Of a DNA stretch of 64,000 nt, positions 1 through 11,776 are shown one piece after another (the stretch's first letter is position 1; each line of letters starts with the position of its first letter). A program made the translations under genes and the position numbers. A model generated the notes under the pieces. The model ran no database searches and had not been told where the DNA came from. It saw only the letters and a list, made by a program, of their open reading frames with translations. Source of the DNA: Brevundimonas sp. (GTDB lineage Bacteria > Pseudomonadota > Alphaproteobacteria > Caulobacterales > Caulobacteraceae); NCBI RefSeq assembly GCF_013912005.1, contig NZ_JACESB010000006.1:35784-99783 (forward strand), written 5' to 3'.

Positions 1-7
1 GGCGCTG

Positions 8-1000
8 ATGCGTGTGATCCTGCCGATGCCCGGCAATGAAACCTTCGCGGCCAACCTGGCGGCGGCCGGCGGATGGCGGCTGGGCGAATTGGAGACCCGC
101 CGCTTCCCGGACGGGGAGAGCTATGTCCGGATTCTTTCGGACGTGCGTGGCTGCGGCGTCGAGATCGTCTGCACCCTGGCGCGGCCGGATGACGCCTTCC
201 TGCCGCTCATCTTCGCCGCGGACGCCGCGCGCGACCTCGGCGCGACCGAGGTGAATCTCGTCGCCCCCTACCTCGCCTACATGCGCCAGGACCGGCGCTT
301 CAAGCCCGGTGAAGCGATCACCTCGCGAAGCTTCGCCCGGCTGGTCAGCGCGACTTTCGACCGGCTGACCACGATCGACCCGCACCTGCACCGCTACAGG
401 GCCCTTTCCGACCTCTATGACATCGACGGCCAGGTGCTGCATGCGGCATCGGTGCTCGCGGACTGGATCGCGGCGGAGGTCCGCGACCCCTTGATCATCG
501 GCCCCGACGAGGAAAGCGAACAGTGGGTCTCCGCCGTCGCCGCGCGGGTGGGCGCCCCACACGTCGTCCTGCGCAAGATCCGGCATGGAGACCGCGACGT
601 CGAGATCGCCGTCCCCGATCTTTCCCGCTTCCGCGCCCGAAGACCGGTGCTGATTGACGACATCGCCTCGTCCGGACGCACCCTGATCGAAGCCGCCCGG
701 CAGTTGCCCGCGCAAGGTCTGGCGCGCCCGGTCTGCGCCGTCGTGCACGGCGTGTTCGCCGCGGACGCCTACGACCAGTTGTCGGCCGTCGCCGGGCGTA
801 TCGTGTCGACCGACTCGGTTCCCCATCCAAGCAACGCCATCCCGCTTGCGCCCCTGGTGTCGGCGGCGCTCGCGCGCGGCGGGGAGGCGGAGGGGCCGGT
901 GCGTCGCCGGCGGCCGCCGGAACCGGTCGACCCCGTCGAACTGGCCGGCGTCGAATCCTTCCCCGCCAGCGATCCGCCCGGCTGGACGACGGGCGGGTGA
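8..1000 (+). CDS. prs: Ribose-phosphate pyrophosphokinase-like protein (Prs family, variant linked to AMP/thymidine phosphorylase) with a C-terminal SFPASDPP tail
   Basis: Motifs RRFPDGESYVRI, YLAYMRQDRRF, LIDDIASSGRTL (PRPP loop) and IVSTDSVPH. The ATG overlaps an upstream TGA at 6-8. Confidence 0.88.
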   Translation: MRVILPMPGNETFAANLAAAGGWRLGELETRRFPDGESYVRILSDVRGCGVEIVCTLARPDDAFLPLIFAADAARDLGATEVNLVAPYLAYMRQDRRFKPGEAITSRSFARLVSATFDRLTTIDPHLHRYRALSDLYDIDGQVLHAASVLADWIAAEVRDPLIIGPDEESEQWVSAVAARVGAPHVVLRKIRHGDRDVEIAVPDLSRFRARRPVLIDDIASSGRTLIEAARQLPAQGLARPVCAVVHGVFAADAYDQLSAVAGRIVSTDSVPHPSNAIPLAPLVSAALARGGEAEGPVRRRRPPEPVDPVELAGVESFPASDPPGWTTGG

Positions 1001-1009
1001 ACACCCCCC

Positions 1010-1023
1010 TTGATCCAACGCAA
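1010..1023 (+). promoter_or_regulatory. FNR/FixK-type box TTGATCCAACGCAA
   Basis: Matches TTG(A/C)-N6-(T/G)CAA. Centre is about 41-42 nt upstream of a position just before the AAGGAG RBS (1061-1066) of the ATG at 1076, the class II geometry. Confidence 0.65.
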
Positions 1024-1075
1024 TGCGCACCCCGAGCCGGGCCTGAAAGATCGGGCATCCAAGGAGACGACACCG

Positions 1076-1387
1076 ATGCGCACGCTCTTCCTCGCCTTGG
1101 CCTTGGCCGGCTCTCTGACCGCCGGCCAGGCCCTCGCCCAGAACCAGGACCTCGCCCCGTCCATCACGCCGCCGGCCGCGCAGCCGGAGACCGCCGCCCA
1201 GAGGCACGAACGGTGCAAGGCAGTGGTGGCCGCGGGCATGGAGCCGCGCCAGCGGCACGATCACCTGCGTGACAAGACCGGGGCCGCGACGCCGCCCAAG
1301 CCCCTGTCGGAAGCCGAGATGGATCGGCAGCACCGCGAGTGTGAGGCCCTGATGGCGAAGGCCAAGGCCGCCGACGCCGAGAAATAG
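1076..1387 (+). CDS. Small secreted hypothetical protein (103 aa; two Cys, HDH motif)
   Basis: AAGGAG RBS at 1061-1066, ATG at 1076, signal peptide MRTLFLALALAGSLTAGQALA. Confidence 0.75.
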   Translation: MRTLFLALALAGSLTAGQALAQNQDLAPSITPPAAQPETAAQRHERCKAVVAAGMEPRQRHDHLRDKTGAATPPKPLSEAEMDRQHRECEALMAKAKAADAEK

Positions 1388-1505
1388 CGCCAAAGGCCCC
1401 GACCCTCCGATCTCGTCACCACGTGCGAGGGGGAGGCCGTCGCGCGGCCGTAGTTCTTTACGAGCCGCCCGGGCCTCCCCGAGCGGCCCATCCTGGGGTG
1501 CGAAC

Positions 1506-3887
1506 ATGCCGCCGACCCGATCCGCCGCGTTCGAAGCCTGGGCCGCGGGCTACGGGGTCATCCGCCACGCGCCGGAGACCGTCGGCCGGATCGAGGCCCT
1601 CGCCGAGCGTCTGTGTCACCGCGACGAAGCCGGCCTCGACCGGTTTTACCGCTTGCTCGCCGCGGCCGACCGCCTGACCAGCGCCGGCATGTGGATGGTC
1701 GCCCACATGACCTATGCGCGGCGCGTCGACCTGACGGGCGCCGACCTGCCGGCCGAGGCCTTCAAACCACGGCCGGAAGGTCATACCGGCGGCTCCCTCA
1801 ACATGGTCCCGGCCTTCGTCGGCTATCTGGTCGCCAACGCGCTTTCTGGCGTCACCCGCTCCTGGGTGATGGGGCAGGGCCACTGCGTGGCCGCGATAGA
1901 GGCCGTCAACGCCCTGACCGGCGACGTCTCGCCGGCGCAGCGCGGTCGCTACGACCGCAGCGAGGAGGGACTTTCCCGCCTGGTGGCCGACTTCTATTCC
2001 TACGCCATCGGGCCAGACGGTCGACCGGCGGTCCCGATCGGCAGCCATTCCGGCGCCAACACCGCCGGGGCGATCTCGGAGGGCGGCTACCTCGGGTTCG
2101 CCGAGGTCCAGTACGTCCACATGCCTCTGCCGGGCGAGAGTCTCGTCGCCTTCCTGAGCGACGGGGCCTTCGAGGAGCAGAGGGGCTCGGACTGGTCGCC
2201 CCGCTGGTGGCGCGCCGACGACTGCGGCCTGACGATCCCGGTGATGATCCTCAATGGCCGCCGCATCGAGGAGCGTACGCAGATCGCCCAGGAAGGCGGC
2301 GCCGCCTGGCTGGCGGCCCACCTCCGCCTGAGCGGCTTCGATCCGTTTGTGGTGGACGGCCGCGATCCCGCCGCCATCGCCTGGGCCGTTCTCGAAGCCG
2401 AGGAGCGCCTGACCCGCTTCGCCGCCGACCCGTCTCGCCGGTATCCGGCGGCGATGCCCTATGTGATCGCCGAGACCGTCAAGGGCTTCGGCCTTCCAGG
2501 CGCGGGCACGAACCCGGCGCACAATCTTCCGCTGGCGGCGACGCCCCGCGACGACAGGGTTGCGCGCAAGGCCTTTCATGACGCGGCCCGGGTTCTGTTC
2601 GTGCCGCCCGCCGTTCTGGAAGACGCCGTCGGCGCGCTGGCCACCCACGAGGCGCAAGGCCGCTCCCTGGAAAGCCGGCACCCGGCCGCAGTGCGCCATC
2701 CGCCCGCCCCGATCCTGCCCCAGCCGAGCTGGGCCCAGCCGGACGCCGCGCCGGGCTGCGCCATGGAGGCGATCGACGGCTGGTTCGTGGAACTTGTGGA
2801 AGCGAACCCGGCCCTGCGCGTGCGGGTGGGCAATCCCGACGAACTGCGCAGCAATCACATGGGGCGGACGCTCGAGCGTCTCCGCCACCGCGTCAACACG
2901 CCCGAACGCGGAACCCCCGAAGCGATCGCTGGCGGCGTCATCACCGCACTTAACGAGGAGGCGGTGGCCGGCGCGGCCCTTGGCAACAAGGGCGGATTGA
3001 ACCTGATCGTGAGCTACGAGGCGTTCGCGATGAAGATGCTCGGCGGCCTGCGCCAGGAGATCATCTTCGCCCGGCATCAGCGCGAACTCGACCAGGGGCC
3101 GGGGTGGATCTCCGTGCCCCTGATCGTAACCTCCCACACCTGGGAGAACGCCAAGAATGAGCAGTCGCACCAGGATCCCACGATCGGCGAGGCGCTGCTG
3201 GGCGAGATGTCGGACGCCGCCCGGGTGCTGTTCCCGGTCGACGCGAACAGCGCCGTCGCCGCCCTTAAGGACGTCTATGGCCGCCGCGGCCAGATTGCCT
3301 GCGTGGTGGCGCCCAAGCGGGCCATGTCGCACCGTTTCACCGGCGCCGAGGCGGAGGCGCTGGTCCGGACGGGCGCGGCCCATCTCGCCGGCGACCCGCG
3401 CGAGGCCGAGATCCAGTTCGTCGCCATCGGCGCCTACCAGGCCGAGGAAGCGCTGAAGGCGGCCGAGCGGCTGCAGGCGCGCGGGCGCCAGGCCTGCGTC
3501 ACCGCTCTGATCGAGCCGGGCCGCTTCCGCGCGCCCCGGGATCCGCTCGAGGCCGCGCAGACGGTCGATGATGCGAGGCTGGCCGAGTTCTTCCCCCCGT
3601 CGCTGCCGCGTGTGATCCTCAGCCACACCCGGCCCGAGCCGATGCTGGGCCTGCTGCGCCGCCTGGACGGCGGACCAGGCTCGACCACGGCGCTGGGCTA
3701 CATCAGCCGCGGCGGAACGCTCGATGTCGCCGGCCTGCTGTTCGCCAACCGCTGCACTTGGGCGCACGCCGTGGACGCGGCGGCTGGCCTGTGCGGCTGG
3801 GCGCGGGACGATCTGTTCACGGGCCCGGAGCGGGCCGCCCTCGACGGGCGCGGCGATCCGGCCGCCCTTTCGACCATGGAGACCTGA
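1506..3887 (+). CDS. xfp: Phosphoketolase family (XFP-like, TPP-dependent) enzyme
   Basis: Motifs EGHTGGSLN, EGGYLG, TPP motif SDGAFEE...ILNG, NPDELRSN, ALNEE, SYEAF and NEQSHQDP; 793 aa. Confidence 0.88.
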   Translation: MPPTRSAAFEAWAAGYGVIRHAPETVGRIEALAERLCHRDEAGLDRFYRLLAAADRLTSAGMWMVAHMTYARRVDLTGADLPAEAFKPRPEGHTGGSLNMVPAFVGYLVANALSGVTRSWVMGQGHCVAAIEAVNALTGDVSPAQRGRYDRSEEGLSRLVADFYSYAIGPDGRPAVPIGSHSGANTAGAISEGGYLGFAEVQYVHMPLPGESLVAFLSDGAFEEQRGSDWSPRWWRADDCGLTIPVMILNGRRIEERTQIAQEGGAAWLAAHLRLSGFDPFVVDGRDPAAIAWAVLEAEERLTRFAADPSRRYPAAMPYVIAETVKGFGLPGAGTNPAHNLPLAATPRDDRVARKAFHDAARVLFVPPAVLEDAVGALATHEAQGRSLESRHPAAVRHPPAPILPQPSWAQPDAAPGCAMEAIDGWFVELVEANPALRVRVGNPDELRSNHMGRTLERLRHRVNTPERGTPEAIAGGVITALNEEAVAGAALGNKGGLNLIVSYEAFAMKMLGGLRQEIIFARHQRELDQGPGWISVPLIVTSHTWENAKNEQSHQDPTIGEALLGEMSDAARVLFPVDANSAVAALKDVYGRRGQIACVVAPKRAMSHRFTGAEAEALVRTGAAHLAGDPREAEIQFVAIGAYQAEEALKAAERLQARGRQACVTALIEPGRFRAPRDPLEAAQTVDDARLAEFFPPSLPRVILSHTRPEPMLGLLRRLDGGPGSTTALGYISRGGTLDVAGLLFANRCTWAHAVDAAAGLCGWARDDLFTGPERAALDGRGDPAALSTMET

Positions 3888-3889
3888 AG

Positions 3890-5244
<1,355 letters not shown>

Positions 5245-5248
<4 letters not shown>

Positions 5249-6762
5249 CCGGGTTGGCCGATCGCGCGCCGACGCTGAAAGCCCGCCGGCTGCGGCTGCA
5301 TACGCAGCACGAGCCGGTGGTGATCATGCGGAGCGACTGCCACGTCTGCCGCTCCGAGGGCCTGGCCGCCCGATCGCAGGTGCTGCTCGCAGCGGGGGAC
5401 AGGGCGGTCCAGGCGACTCTCTTCCAGGTCGATGGCGACGCCTTGCTGGCTCCGGACGAAGCGGCCCTGTCGGAGGCGGCCTGGACGCTGCTGGGCGTTC
5501 AGGAGGGCGATCCCATCCACGTCAGCCATCCGCCGACGCTGGAGTCGCTATCGAGTGTTCGCCGGCGCATCCACGGCCATCGCCTCGACGCGGAGGCCAT
5601 GGCCGGGATCGTGCGCGACGTCGTCGCCGGCCGCTACAGCGAAATCCACCTTTCGGCCTTCCTGACCGCGACCGCGGCTTGGCCGCTTGATGGCGACGAG
5701 ACCTCCCACCTGACCCAAGCGATGATCGAGGCCGGAGACCGGCTGTCGTGGAACGCTCCGATTGTGGTCGACAAGCACTCGATCGGCGGCCTTCCGGGCA
5801 ATCGCACTACGCCGATCGTCGTCGCCATCGTGGCGGCCCTCGGCCTGACCATGCCGAAGACCTCGTCGCGCGCCATCACCTCGCCGGCGGGCACGGCCGA
5901 CACGATGGAAACCCTGACCAAGGTCGATCTCGACATTCCGGCGATGCGCCGGGTGGTGGAAGCCGAAGGGGGATGCCTGGCCTGGGGCGGCGCGGTCCGT
6001 CTCAGTCCGGCGGACGACATCTTCATCCGCGTCGAGCGGGTGCTGGACATCGACACCGAAGGCCAGCTGATCGCCTCGGTGCTGTCAAAGAAGATCGCGG
6101 CGGGTTCCACCCACGTCGTTCTCGACATCCCGGTCGGCCCGACCGCCAAAGTCCGGAGCGAGGAAGCGGGCCGCGCCTTGGGCGAGCGCCTGGTCGAGAC
6201 CGCCTCGCGGTTCGGCCTCACGGCCGTCTGCCTGCAGAGCGACGGCTCCCAACCGGTCGGGCGGGGCGTGGGACCGGCGCTGGAGGCGCTGGATGTTCTC
6301 GCGGTCCTGCAGAACGATCCAGACGCGCCCGACGACCTGCGGCGCCGGGCTTGCACCCTGGCCGGCGCCGTGCTGGAGCTGGCGGGCGCCGCGGCCGAAG
6401 GCGACGGCTTCGGAGCCGCCGCGCAAGCGCTCGCCGACGGGCGCGCATGGTCGAAGTTCCAGCGGATCTGTGAGGCCCAGGGCGGGCTGCGGGTTCCGCC
6501 TGCCGCCGCCCTCCGGCGGCCGCTTGCGGCGACCCGCTCCGGCCGCGTCGTCCACATCAACAACCGCAAGGTCGCCCGGTTGGCGAAGCTCGCCGGCGCG
6601 CCGGACGCCAAGGCGGCGGGGCTGGCGGTGGAAGTTCGCCTTGGCCAGGAGATCGCGGCTGGGGACCCCTTGCTGACGGTCCATGCCCAGACGCCGGGCG
6701 AGCTCGCCTACGCCCTGGACTACGCCGCGGCGAACCTGGATCTCGTGGAGATCGAGGCCTGA
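5245..6762 (+). CDS. Thymidine/AMP phosphorylase family protein (AMP phosphorylase-like, with N-terminal extension)
   Basis: Motifs VDKHSIGGLPGNRTT, PKTSSRAITSPAGTADTME, SVLSKKIAAGS and QPVGRGVGPALEA. TTG start at 5245 overlapping the upstream TGA was chosen; the ORF track gives 5203. Confidence 0.9.
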
Positions 6763-6770
6763 CGGCGGAG

Positions 6771-7073
6771 CTAGACCGTCAACCAGACGAGGGCCAGGTA
6801 GCCCGCCAAGGGGAGGATCGCCGCCCAGCAGCCCCAGTAGAGCGCCTCTTCCCACCACGCGGCCGGCCGATCTGCGTCCAGCCTGCGCCGGGCCGTCATC
6901 GCCCCGAGATGGGCGAACAGGCCGACGGCGAACGGCTGGGCCGCGGCGGTCTTCAGAACGCCCGCCGCCAGCGCGCCCAAGCCGAGGCCGGCGGGCGCCG
7001 CGCCGACAACCGAGAGGGTGTCGAGGGCCTTCGCCCGCCGGGCCAGGGCGACGTCAGGCGCTGGCTTGGCCAT
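6771..7073 (-). CDS. Small membrane hypothetical protein
   Basis: Two to three hydrophobic segments. ATG at 7073 overlaps the 3' end of the ATPase gene. Confidence 0.5.
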   Translation of the reverse strand: MAKPAPDVALARRAKALDTLSVVGAAPAGLGLGALAAGVLKTAAAQPFAVGLFAHLGAMTARRRLDADRPAAWWEEALYWGCWAAILPLAGYLALVWLTV

Positions 7074-9438
7074 GGGCCGCTCCGTCTTGATGCGGATGTC
7101 CCTGGCGGACATGCGCCCGGGGCCCGAGCCGCGTCCGCTTCAGCAACAGGGCGTTGATGGCGACCAGGGCCGAACTGCCGGACATGGCCAGGGCGGCGAT
7201 CTCCGGACTGAGGGTGAACGGATAGAAGACGCCGGCCGCCAACGGGAAGGCGATGACATTGTAGCCGACGGCCCACCAGAGGTTCTGGTGCATCTTGCGC
7301 AGGGTGGCGCGGGAGAGGGCGATCGCCTTGACCACGTCGGCCGGGTCGGAGCGCATCAGCACGACATCGGCGCTCTCGATCGCCACATCTGTCCCCGCGC
7401 CGATGGCGAAGCCGACGTCGGCCTGGGTGAGGGCCGGCGCGTCGTTGACGCCGTCGCCGACCATGCCGACCTTGTTTCCTTCGTCCTGCAGCGCCTTGAC
7501 CTTCGCGGCCTTGTCGCCCGGCAGTACCTCGGCCAGGACGATGTCGATCCCCAATTCATCGGCGATGCGTTTGGCGGTGCCGAGGTTGTCGCCGGTCATC
7601 ATCGCCACCTTGACCCCCAGCGCCTGGAGCGCCTCGATCGTCTGACGCGCGGTGGGACGCACGGCGTCGGCGACGGCGATCAGGCCGATGATCCGGCCCT
7701 CCTCGGCGATATGGACGACGGTGCGGCCGGCGCCCTGCAGGCGCTCGGACTCGGCGGCGAGATCGCCGAGATCGACGCCGTGCTCGGCCATCAGGATGCG
7801 GTTGCCGGACAGCAGCTGACGGCCCTCGACGGTCGCCATCAGGCCCTTGCCGCCGAAGGACTGGAAGTCCGTGGCGACCGCCACCGGCAGACCCGCGGCG
7901 CGCTCGCGCACCGCCTTGGCGATGTGATGCTCGGAGCCTTGCTCGATGGCGATGGCCCGGGTGAGCAGGGCCGTCTCGTCGAGCCCGGCGGCGGGCACGA
8001 CCTGCACCACCTTCGGCGCGCCCATGGTCAGAGTGCCGGTCTTGTCGAAGACCACGACATCCAGCTTGACCGACTCCTCGAGGGCCGCGGCGTCCTTGAT
8101 GAGGATTCCGTTCTGGGCCCCGAGGCCGGTGCCAACCATGACCGCCATGGGGGTGGCGAGGCCCAAGGCGTCCGGGCAGGCGATAACGAAGACGGTGATC
8201 GTCAGGGTCATGGCGAACAGCAGCGACTGGCCGATCACCCAGAACCAGATGGAGAAGGTCAGGAGGCCGATGACGATCGCCGCCAGCACCAGCCATTGCG
8301 ACGCGCGATCGGCGAGCAACTGGGCCGGGGCCTTGGAGTTCTGGGCCTCCTGGACCAGTTTGACGATCTGGGCGAGGGCGGTGTCCGCCCCGATCCGGGT
8401 GGCGCGATAGCGAAACGCCCCGGCGCCGTTGATCGAGCCGCCGACCACGGTGTCGCCGACCGCCTTGGCGACGGGCAGGGATTCTCCGGTCAGCATGGAC
8501 TCGTCGATGTCCGAACGGCCGTCCTCGATGGTCCCGTCGACGGGGATCCTGCCGCCGGGCCGCACGATGACCTCGTCGCCGACGATCACTGCCGAGGTCG
8601 CGATTTCGATCTCGACTCCGTTCCGCCGCACCCGGGCCGTCGGCGGCGCGAGGTCCATCAGATGGCGGATGGCCTCGGATGCGCCGGCCCTCGCCCGCAT
8701 CTCAAGCCAATGGCCGAGAAGGATGAACACCAGCAGCAGGGCGGAGGCTTCATAGAACTGGGGCGCGTCGTAGAAGAAGGTCGAGCCGATGCTGAAGAGA
8801 TAGCCCGTGCCCACGCTGAGCAGGACGAGGACGGCCATGTTGAGGGCGCCGCGGCGCAGCGCCCGAACTGCCGCCACGAAGAAGGGCCAACCCGGATAAA
8901 GGATCGCGGCGCTGGCGAGCACGAACAAGGTCGGCTCGAGCGGCAGGCCGAAGGGCGGCTCCATCTTCATGAAGTCCATGCCCATGGGGGCCAGGAAGAA
9001 GATCGGGATCGTGAACAGCAGGCTGATCAGGAAGCGATTGCGCATGTCCCGCGCCATCGCCTGCATGTCGGCGCCGGGGCCGTGACCCATGTCGTCATGG
9101 GCCGAGTGGGCGTCGCCGCCCTTCGCCGTCCGGGGTCCGTGCGCGGCGTGGTCGTGATGCGACGCAGCGTGGACGAGCGCCGGCGGGGCGGTGTCGGCGT
9201 CCGGCGCGCAGACGTGGCGGGGGAGGACCTCGCCCCGGCAATGGAAACCACAATCGCGCACCGCCTGGCGCAGCGCCGCGACGCTCGTCCTGGACTCGTC
9301 GTAGGTGACGGTCGCCGAGGCCGAGGCGAAGTTCGCCGCGACCTGGGCGACACCCGGCAAGGCGCGGAGTTTCTTTTCGACCACGAGGGGATCGAGCGGG
9401 GTTCTGAAGCTGGTGACGTCGACGGTCGCGGTGCGCAA
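7054..9438 (-). CDS. copA: Heavy-metal (probably Cu+) translocating P1B-type ATPase
   Basis: Motifs [23 protein letters not shown]6 CPD, TM7 YN and TM8 MSGSS. N-terminal HMA-like fold plus a His-rich linker. TTG start with AGGAG RBS. Confidence 0.92.
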   Translation of the reverse strand: MRTATVDVTSFRTPLDPLVVEKKLRALPGVAQVAANFASASATVTYDESRTSVAALRQAVRDCGFHCRGEVLPRHVCAPDADTAPPALVHAASHHDHAAHGPRTAKGGDAHSAHDDMGHGPGADMQAMARDMRNRFLISLLFTIPIFFLAPMGMDFMKMEPPFGLPLEPTLFVLASAAILYPGWPFFVAAVRALRRGALNMAVLVLLSVGTGYLFSIGSTFFYDAPQFYEASALLLVFILLGHWLEMRARAGASEAIRHLMDLAPPTARVRRNGVEIEIATSAVIVGDEVIVRPGGRIPVDGTIEDGRSDIDESMLTGESLPVAKAVGDTVVGGSINGAGAFRYRATRIGADTALAQIVKLVQEAQNSKAPAQLLADRASQWLVLAAIVIGLLTFSIWFWVIGQSLLFAMTLTITVFVIACPDALGLATPMAVMVGTGLGAQNGILIKDAAALEESVKLDVVVFDKTGTLTMGAPKVVQVVPAAGLDETALLTRAIAIEQGSEHHIAKAVRERAAGLPVAVATDFQSFGGKGLMATVEGRQLLSGNRILMAEHGVDLGDLAAESERLQGAGRTVVHIAEEGRIIGLIAVADAVRPTARQTIEALQALGVKVAMMTGDNLGTAKRIADELGIDIVLAEVLPGDKAAKVKALQDEGNKVGMVGDGVNDAPALTQADVGFAIGAGTDVAIESADVVLMRSDPADVVKAIALSRATLRKMHQNLWWAVGYNVIAFPLAAGVFYPFTLSPEIAALAMSGSSALVAINALLLKRTRLGPRAHVRQGHPHQDGAAHGQASA

Positions 9439-9462
9439 GGGAACTCCTGGACGGAAGGCGGG

Positions 9463-10110
9463 TCAGGCGGCCGCGGGCGCGCCCAGTCGAGGTAGAAACG
9501 CCGGCGTGACGGCCTTGTAGCGGCGGTAGGCGTCGCCGAACTCCGCCAGCACGGCCTTCTCCTCGGCCAACGCCAGCCGCCAGTAGGTCACGACCAGGAT
9601 CGGGAACATGATCAGGGTCAGGAGGGTCGGCCACTGCAACAGGAAGCCGAACATCACCAGCACGAAGCCGACGTACTGAGGATGACGCATCCGCGAGTAG
9701 GGGCCGGTGGACGCCAGCACGCCCTCCTTCTGGGCCCGGTAGAGCACGGACCAGGCGGTCGAAATCAGCCAGAAGCCCCCGCCGATGAAGACGAAACTGA
9801 GGATGTGGAACGGGCCGAAGTGGGGGTTGGCCTTCCAGCCGATGGTCATCTCCAGCAGGTGGCCTGCATCGTGCGACAGCCAATCGACGCCCGGGAACCG
9901 CGTCTGCAGCCAGCCCGACAGCAGGTAGATGGTGAGCGGAAAGCCGTACATCTCGGTGAAGAGCGCCACGATGAAGGCGCTGAAGGCGCCGAACGCCCGC
10001 CAGTCGAGGCTCGTCCGCGGCTTGAAGAAGCTGAGCGCGAAGAAAATGAAGAGGACGGAATTGACGATCACCAGGGACCAGAGGCCGTAGGCTTGGGGTG
10101 TCTGGGTCAT
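9463..10110 (-). CDS. Isoprenylcysteine carboxylmethyltransferase-family membrane protein (copper-cluster type)
   Basis: Motifs FTEMYGFPLTIY, GPYSRMRHPQYVG and EEK...EFGDAY. ATG at 10110 overlaps the DUF2933 stop. Confidence 0.85.
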   Translation of the reverse strand: MTQTPQAYGLWSLVIVNSVLFIFFALSFFKPRTSLDWRAFGAFSAFIVALFTEMYGFPLTIYLLSGWLQTRFPGVDWLSHDAGHLLEMTIGWKANPHFGPFHILSFVFIGGGFWLISTAWSVLYRAQKEGVLASTGPYSRMRHPQYVGFVLVMFGFLLQWPTLLTLIMFPILVVTYWRLALAEEKAVLAEFGDAYRRYKAVTPAFLPRLGAPAAA

Positions 10111-10337
10111 GGTGCGCGCCCGCTGTCGGGGTCTTGAGCGCGGGGGGCCTGTGCATGGCCCCCGTGCGAGCCATGTCGCCCATGCATCGTGAAGTGCATG
10201 AGCGGACAGAGGAGGAGCAGCAGCAGAGGCGCCCATCCCAGCAGGTGCATTCGATGTTCGAAGGCCAGCAGGGCCAGGAGCGTCAGGGCGAAGAGCCCGA
10301 TCACGACCTTCGCCGCCAGTCCCAGGTTCGTCCTCAT
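10107..10337 (-). CDS. DUF2933-like small membrane protein
   Basis: H-L-L-G-W...LLLCPLMHFTMHGRHGSHGGH motif; GGAGG RBS upstream of the ATG at 10337. Confidence 0.82.
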   Translation of the reverse strand: MRTNLGLAAKVVIGLFALTLLALLAFEHRMHLLGWAPLLLLLLCPLMHFTMHGRHGSHGGHAQAPRAQDPDSGRAP

Positions 10338-10447
10338 CTCAAGGCCCTCCCTCCAAAGGATACGCAGCGAAACGGTGAGCCCCTCGCCAGGGTGTCCGCA
10401 GCGGCACCTCCCTCGACGCAGGCTGAACCGGGACCCCACGGGCCGCC

Positions 10448-10461
10448 TTGATCTGACGCAA
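10448..10461 (-). promoter_or_regulatory. FNR/FixK-type box (TTGATCTGACGCAA on +, TTGCGTCAGATCAA on -)
   Basis: 12/14 identical to the box at 1010-1023. Lies about 110 nt upstream of the DUF2933-ICMT-copA operon. Confidence 0.65.
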
Positions 10462-10502
10462 ACCGAAATTGCCCCCGCCGCGGCCCCTGGCGGAAGCGGA
10501 AT

Positions 10503-11684
10503 TCACCCTCGGTTTCGACGGAGCCAGTCGCCGGCAAGGCGGGCGATCATCGACTGTTCGTCTGTGGGGAGCACAAGCACATTGACGGCCGAGTCTCCGG
10601 CGCTGATGCGTCGGTCGCCTGCGGTGTTCCGGGCCTCGTCCAGGCGGACGCCGAGCCAGCCCGCGGCCGCGCAGATCCGCCGCCGGATCTCCGGCGAGTT
10701 CTCTCCGATGCCGGCGGTGAACACCAGGGTGTCCAGGCCGCCCAGCGCGGCGGCGAGGGAGCCGATGGCGCGACCGGCGCGGTAGACGAACAGGTCCACC
10801 GCCTCGCGGGCTTCCGAGGCGCCGCTGTCCAGCAGGACCTCCATGTCCCCGGAAAGGCCGGAGACGCCCAGCAGGCCGGAGTGGTGGGCGAGCAGATCGG
10901 CGACCGCGTCGGGCGACAGGCCCCGATCGCTAATCAGATGCAGGACCACGCCCGGATCAAGCGCGCCGCTGCGGGTGCTCATCGGCAGCCCATCCAGGGG
11001 CGTCATCCCCATGGTCGTGGCCATACTGCGCCCGTCATGGAGCGCGCAGAGGCTAGCTCCGGAGCCCAAGTGGGCGACGATGGTCCGGCCGCCCGCCTGC
11101 TCGCCGAGGACCGTCTGCAGCGCCTGCGCGATCCAGGCGAAAGACAAGCCGTGAAAGCCGTAGCTCATCACGCCGTCGCCGCTGAGGGCGCGGGGCAGGG
11201 CGTAGAGGCGCGCAAGCCGGGGCTGGGAGTGATGGAAGGCCGTATCGAAGCATCCCAGGTGCGGAACGCCGGGGATCGCCGCCATGGCCGTCTCGACGCA
11301 GGCGATATTGACCTCTTGATGCGCTGGGGCCAGCGGCGCAAGCCGCCGCAGGTTCGCCAGCACCCGTCCGTCCAACGGGGTGGGTTCGAAATAGTCCCGA
11401 CCGCCATGCACGATCCGGTGCCCGACCGCCGTGATCTCTCCGAGCCGCTTCGCGGCGCGCAGGCGCTCGAGCAGCAGGTCCAGAGCTCGCGAGGCCGACA
11501 TCGGCCCGCCTGAGAGCGGCTCGTGCCGAGACTCTGTCGCGTCTTCCCGCCGGACGCTCAGGCGCGGTTCGCCGGCCAGTCCAGCGACGGAGGCGCTCCA
11601 GACCCGCCGTTCGCCGAGCTCGTCATGGAGGGCGCACTTCAGGCTGGATGAACCGGCATTGATGGCGAGGATCAGACCAGCCAC
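10503..11684 (-). CDS. ackA: Acetate kinase
   Basis: Motifs INAGSSSLK, GHRIVHGG, FDTAFH, YGFHGLS, HLGSGAS, MGMTPLDG and FTAGIGENS. Confidence 0.95.
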   Translation of the reverse strand: MAGLILAINAGSSSLKCALHDELGERRVWSASVAGLAGEPRLSVRREDATESRHEPLSGGPMSASRALDLLLERLRAAKRLGEITAVGHRIVHGGRDYFEPTPLDGRVLANLRRLAPLAPAHQEVNIACVETAMAAIPGVPHLGCFDTAFHHSQPRLARLYALPRALSGDGVMSYGFHGLSFAWIAQALQTVLGEQAGGRTIVAHLGSGASLCALHDGRSMATTMGMTPLDGLPMSTRSGALDPGVVLHLISDRGLSPDAVADLLAHHSGLLGVSGLSGDMEVLLDSGASEAREAVDLFVYRAGRAIGSLAAALGGLDTLVFTAGIGENSPEIRRRICAAAGWLGVRLDEARNTAGDRRISAGDSAVNVLVLPTDEQSMIARLAGDWLRRNRG

Positions 11685-11776
11685 TGTCGCTCCGACTCGA
11701 CGGCTCGGTTTACGAACCCGGACAAGCAGGTTCGTTCCTGGGCCGGGGTTTGTGAAGACAGGGAAGAGGACGTCGC

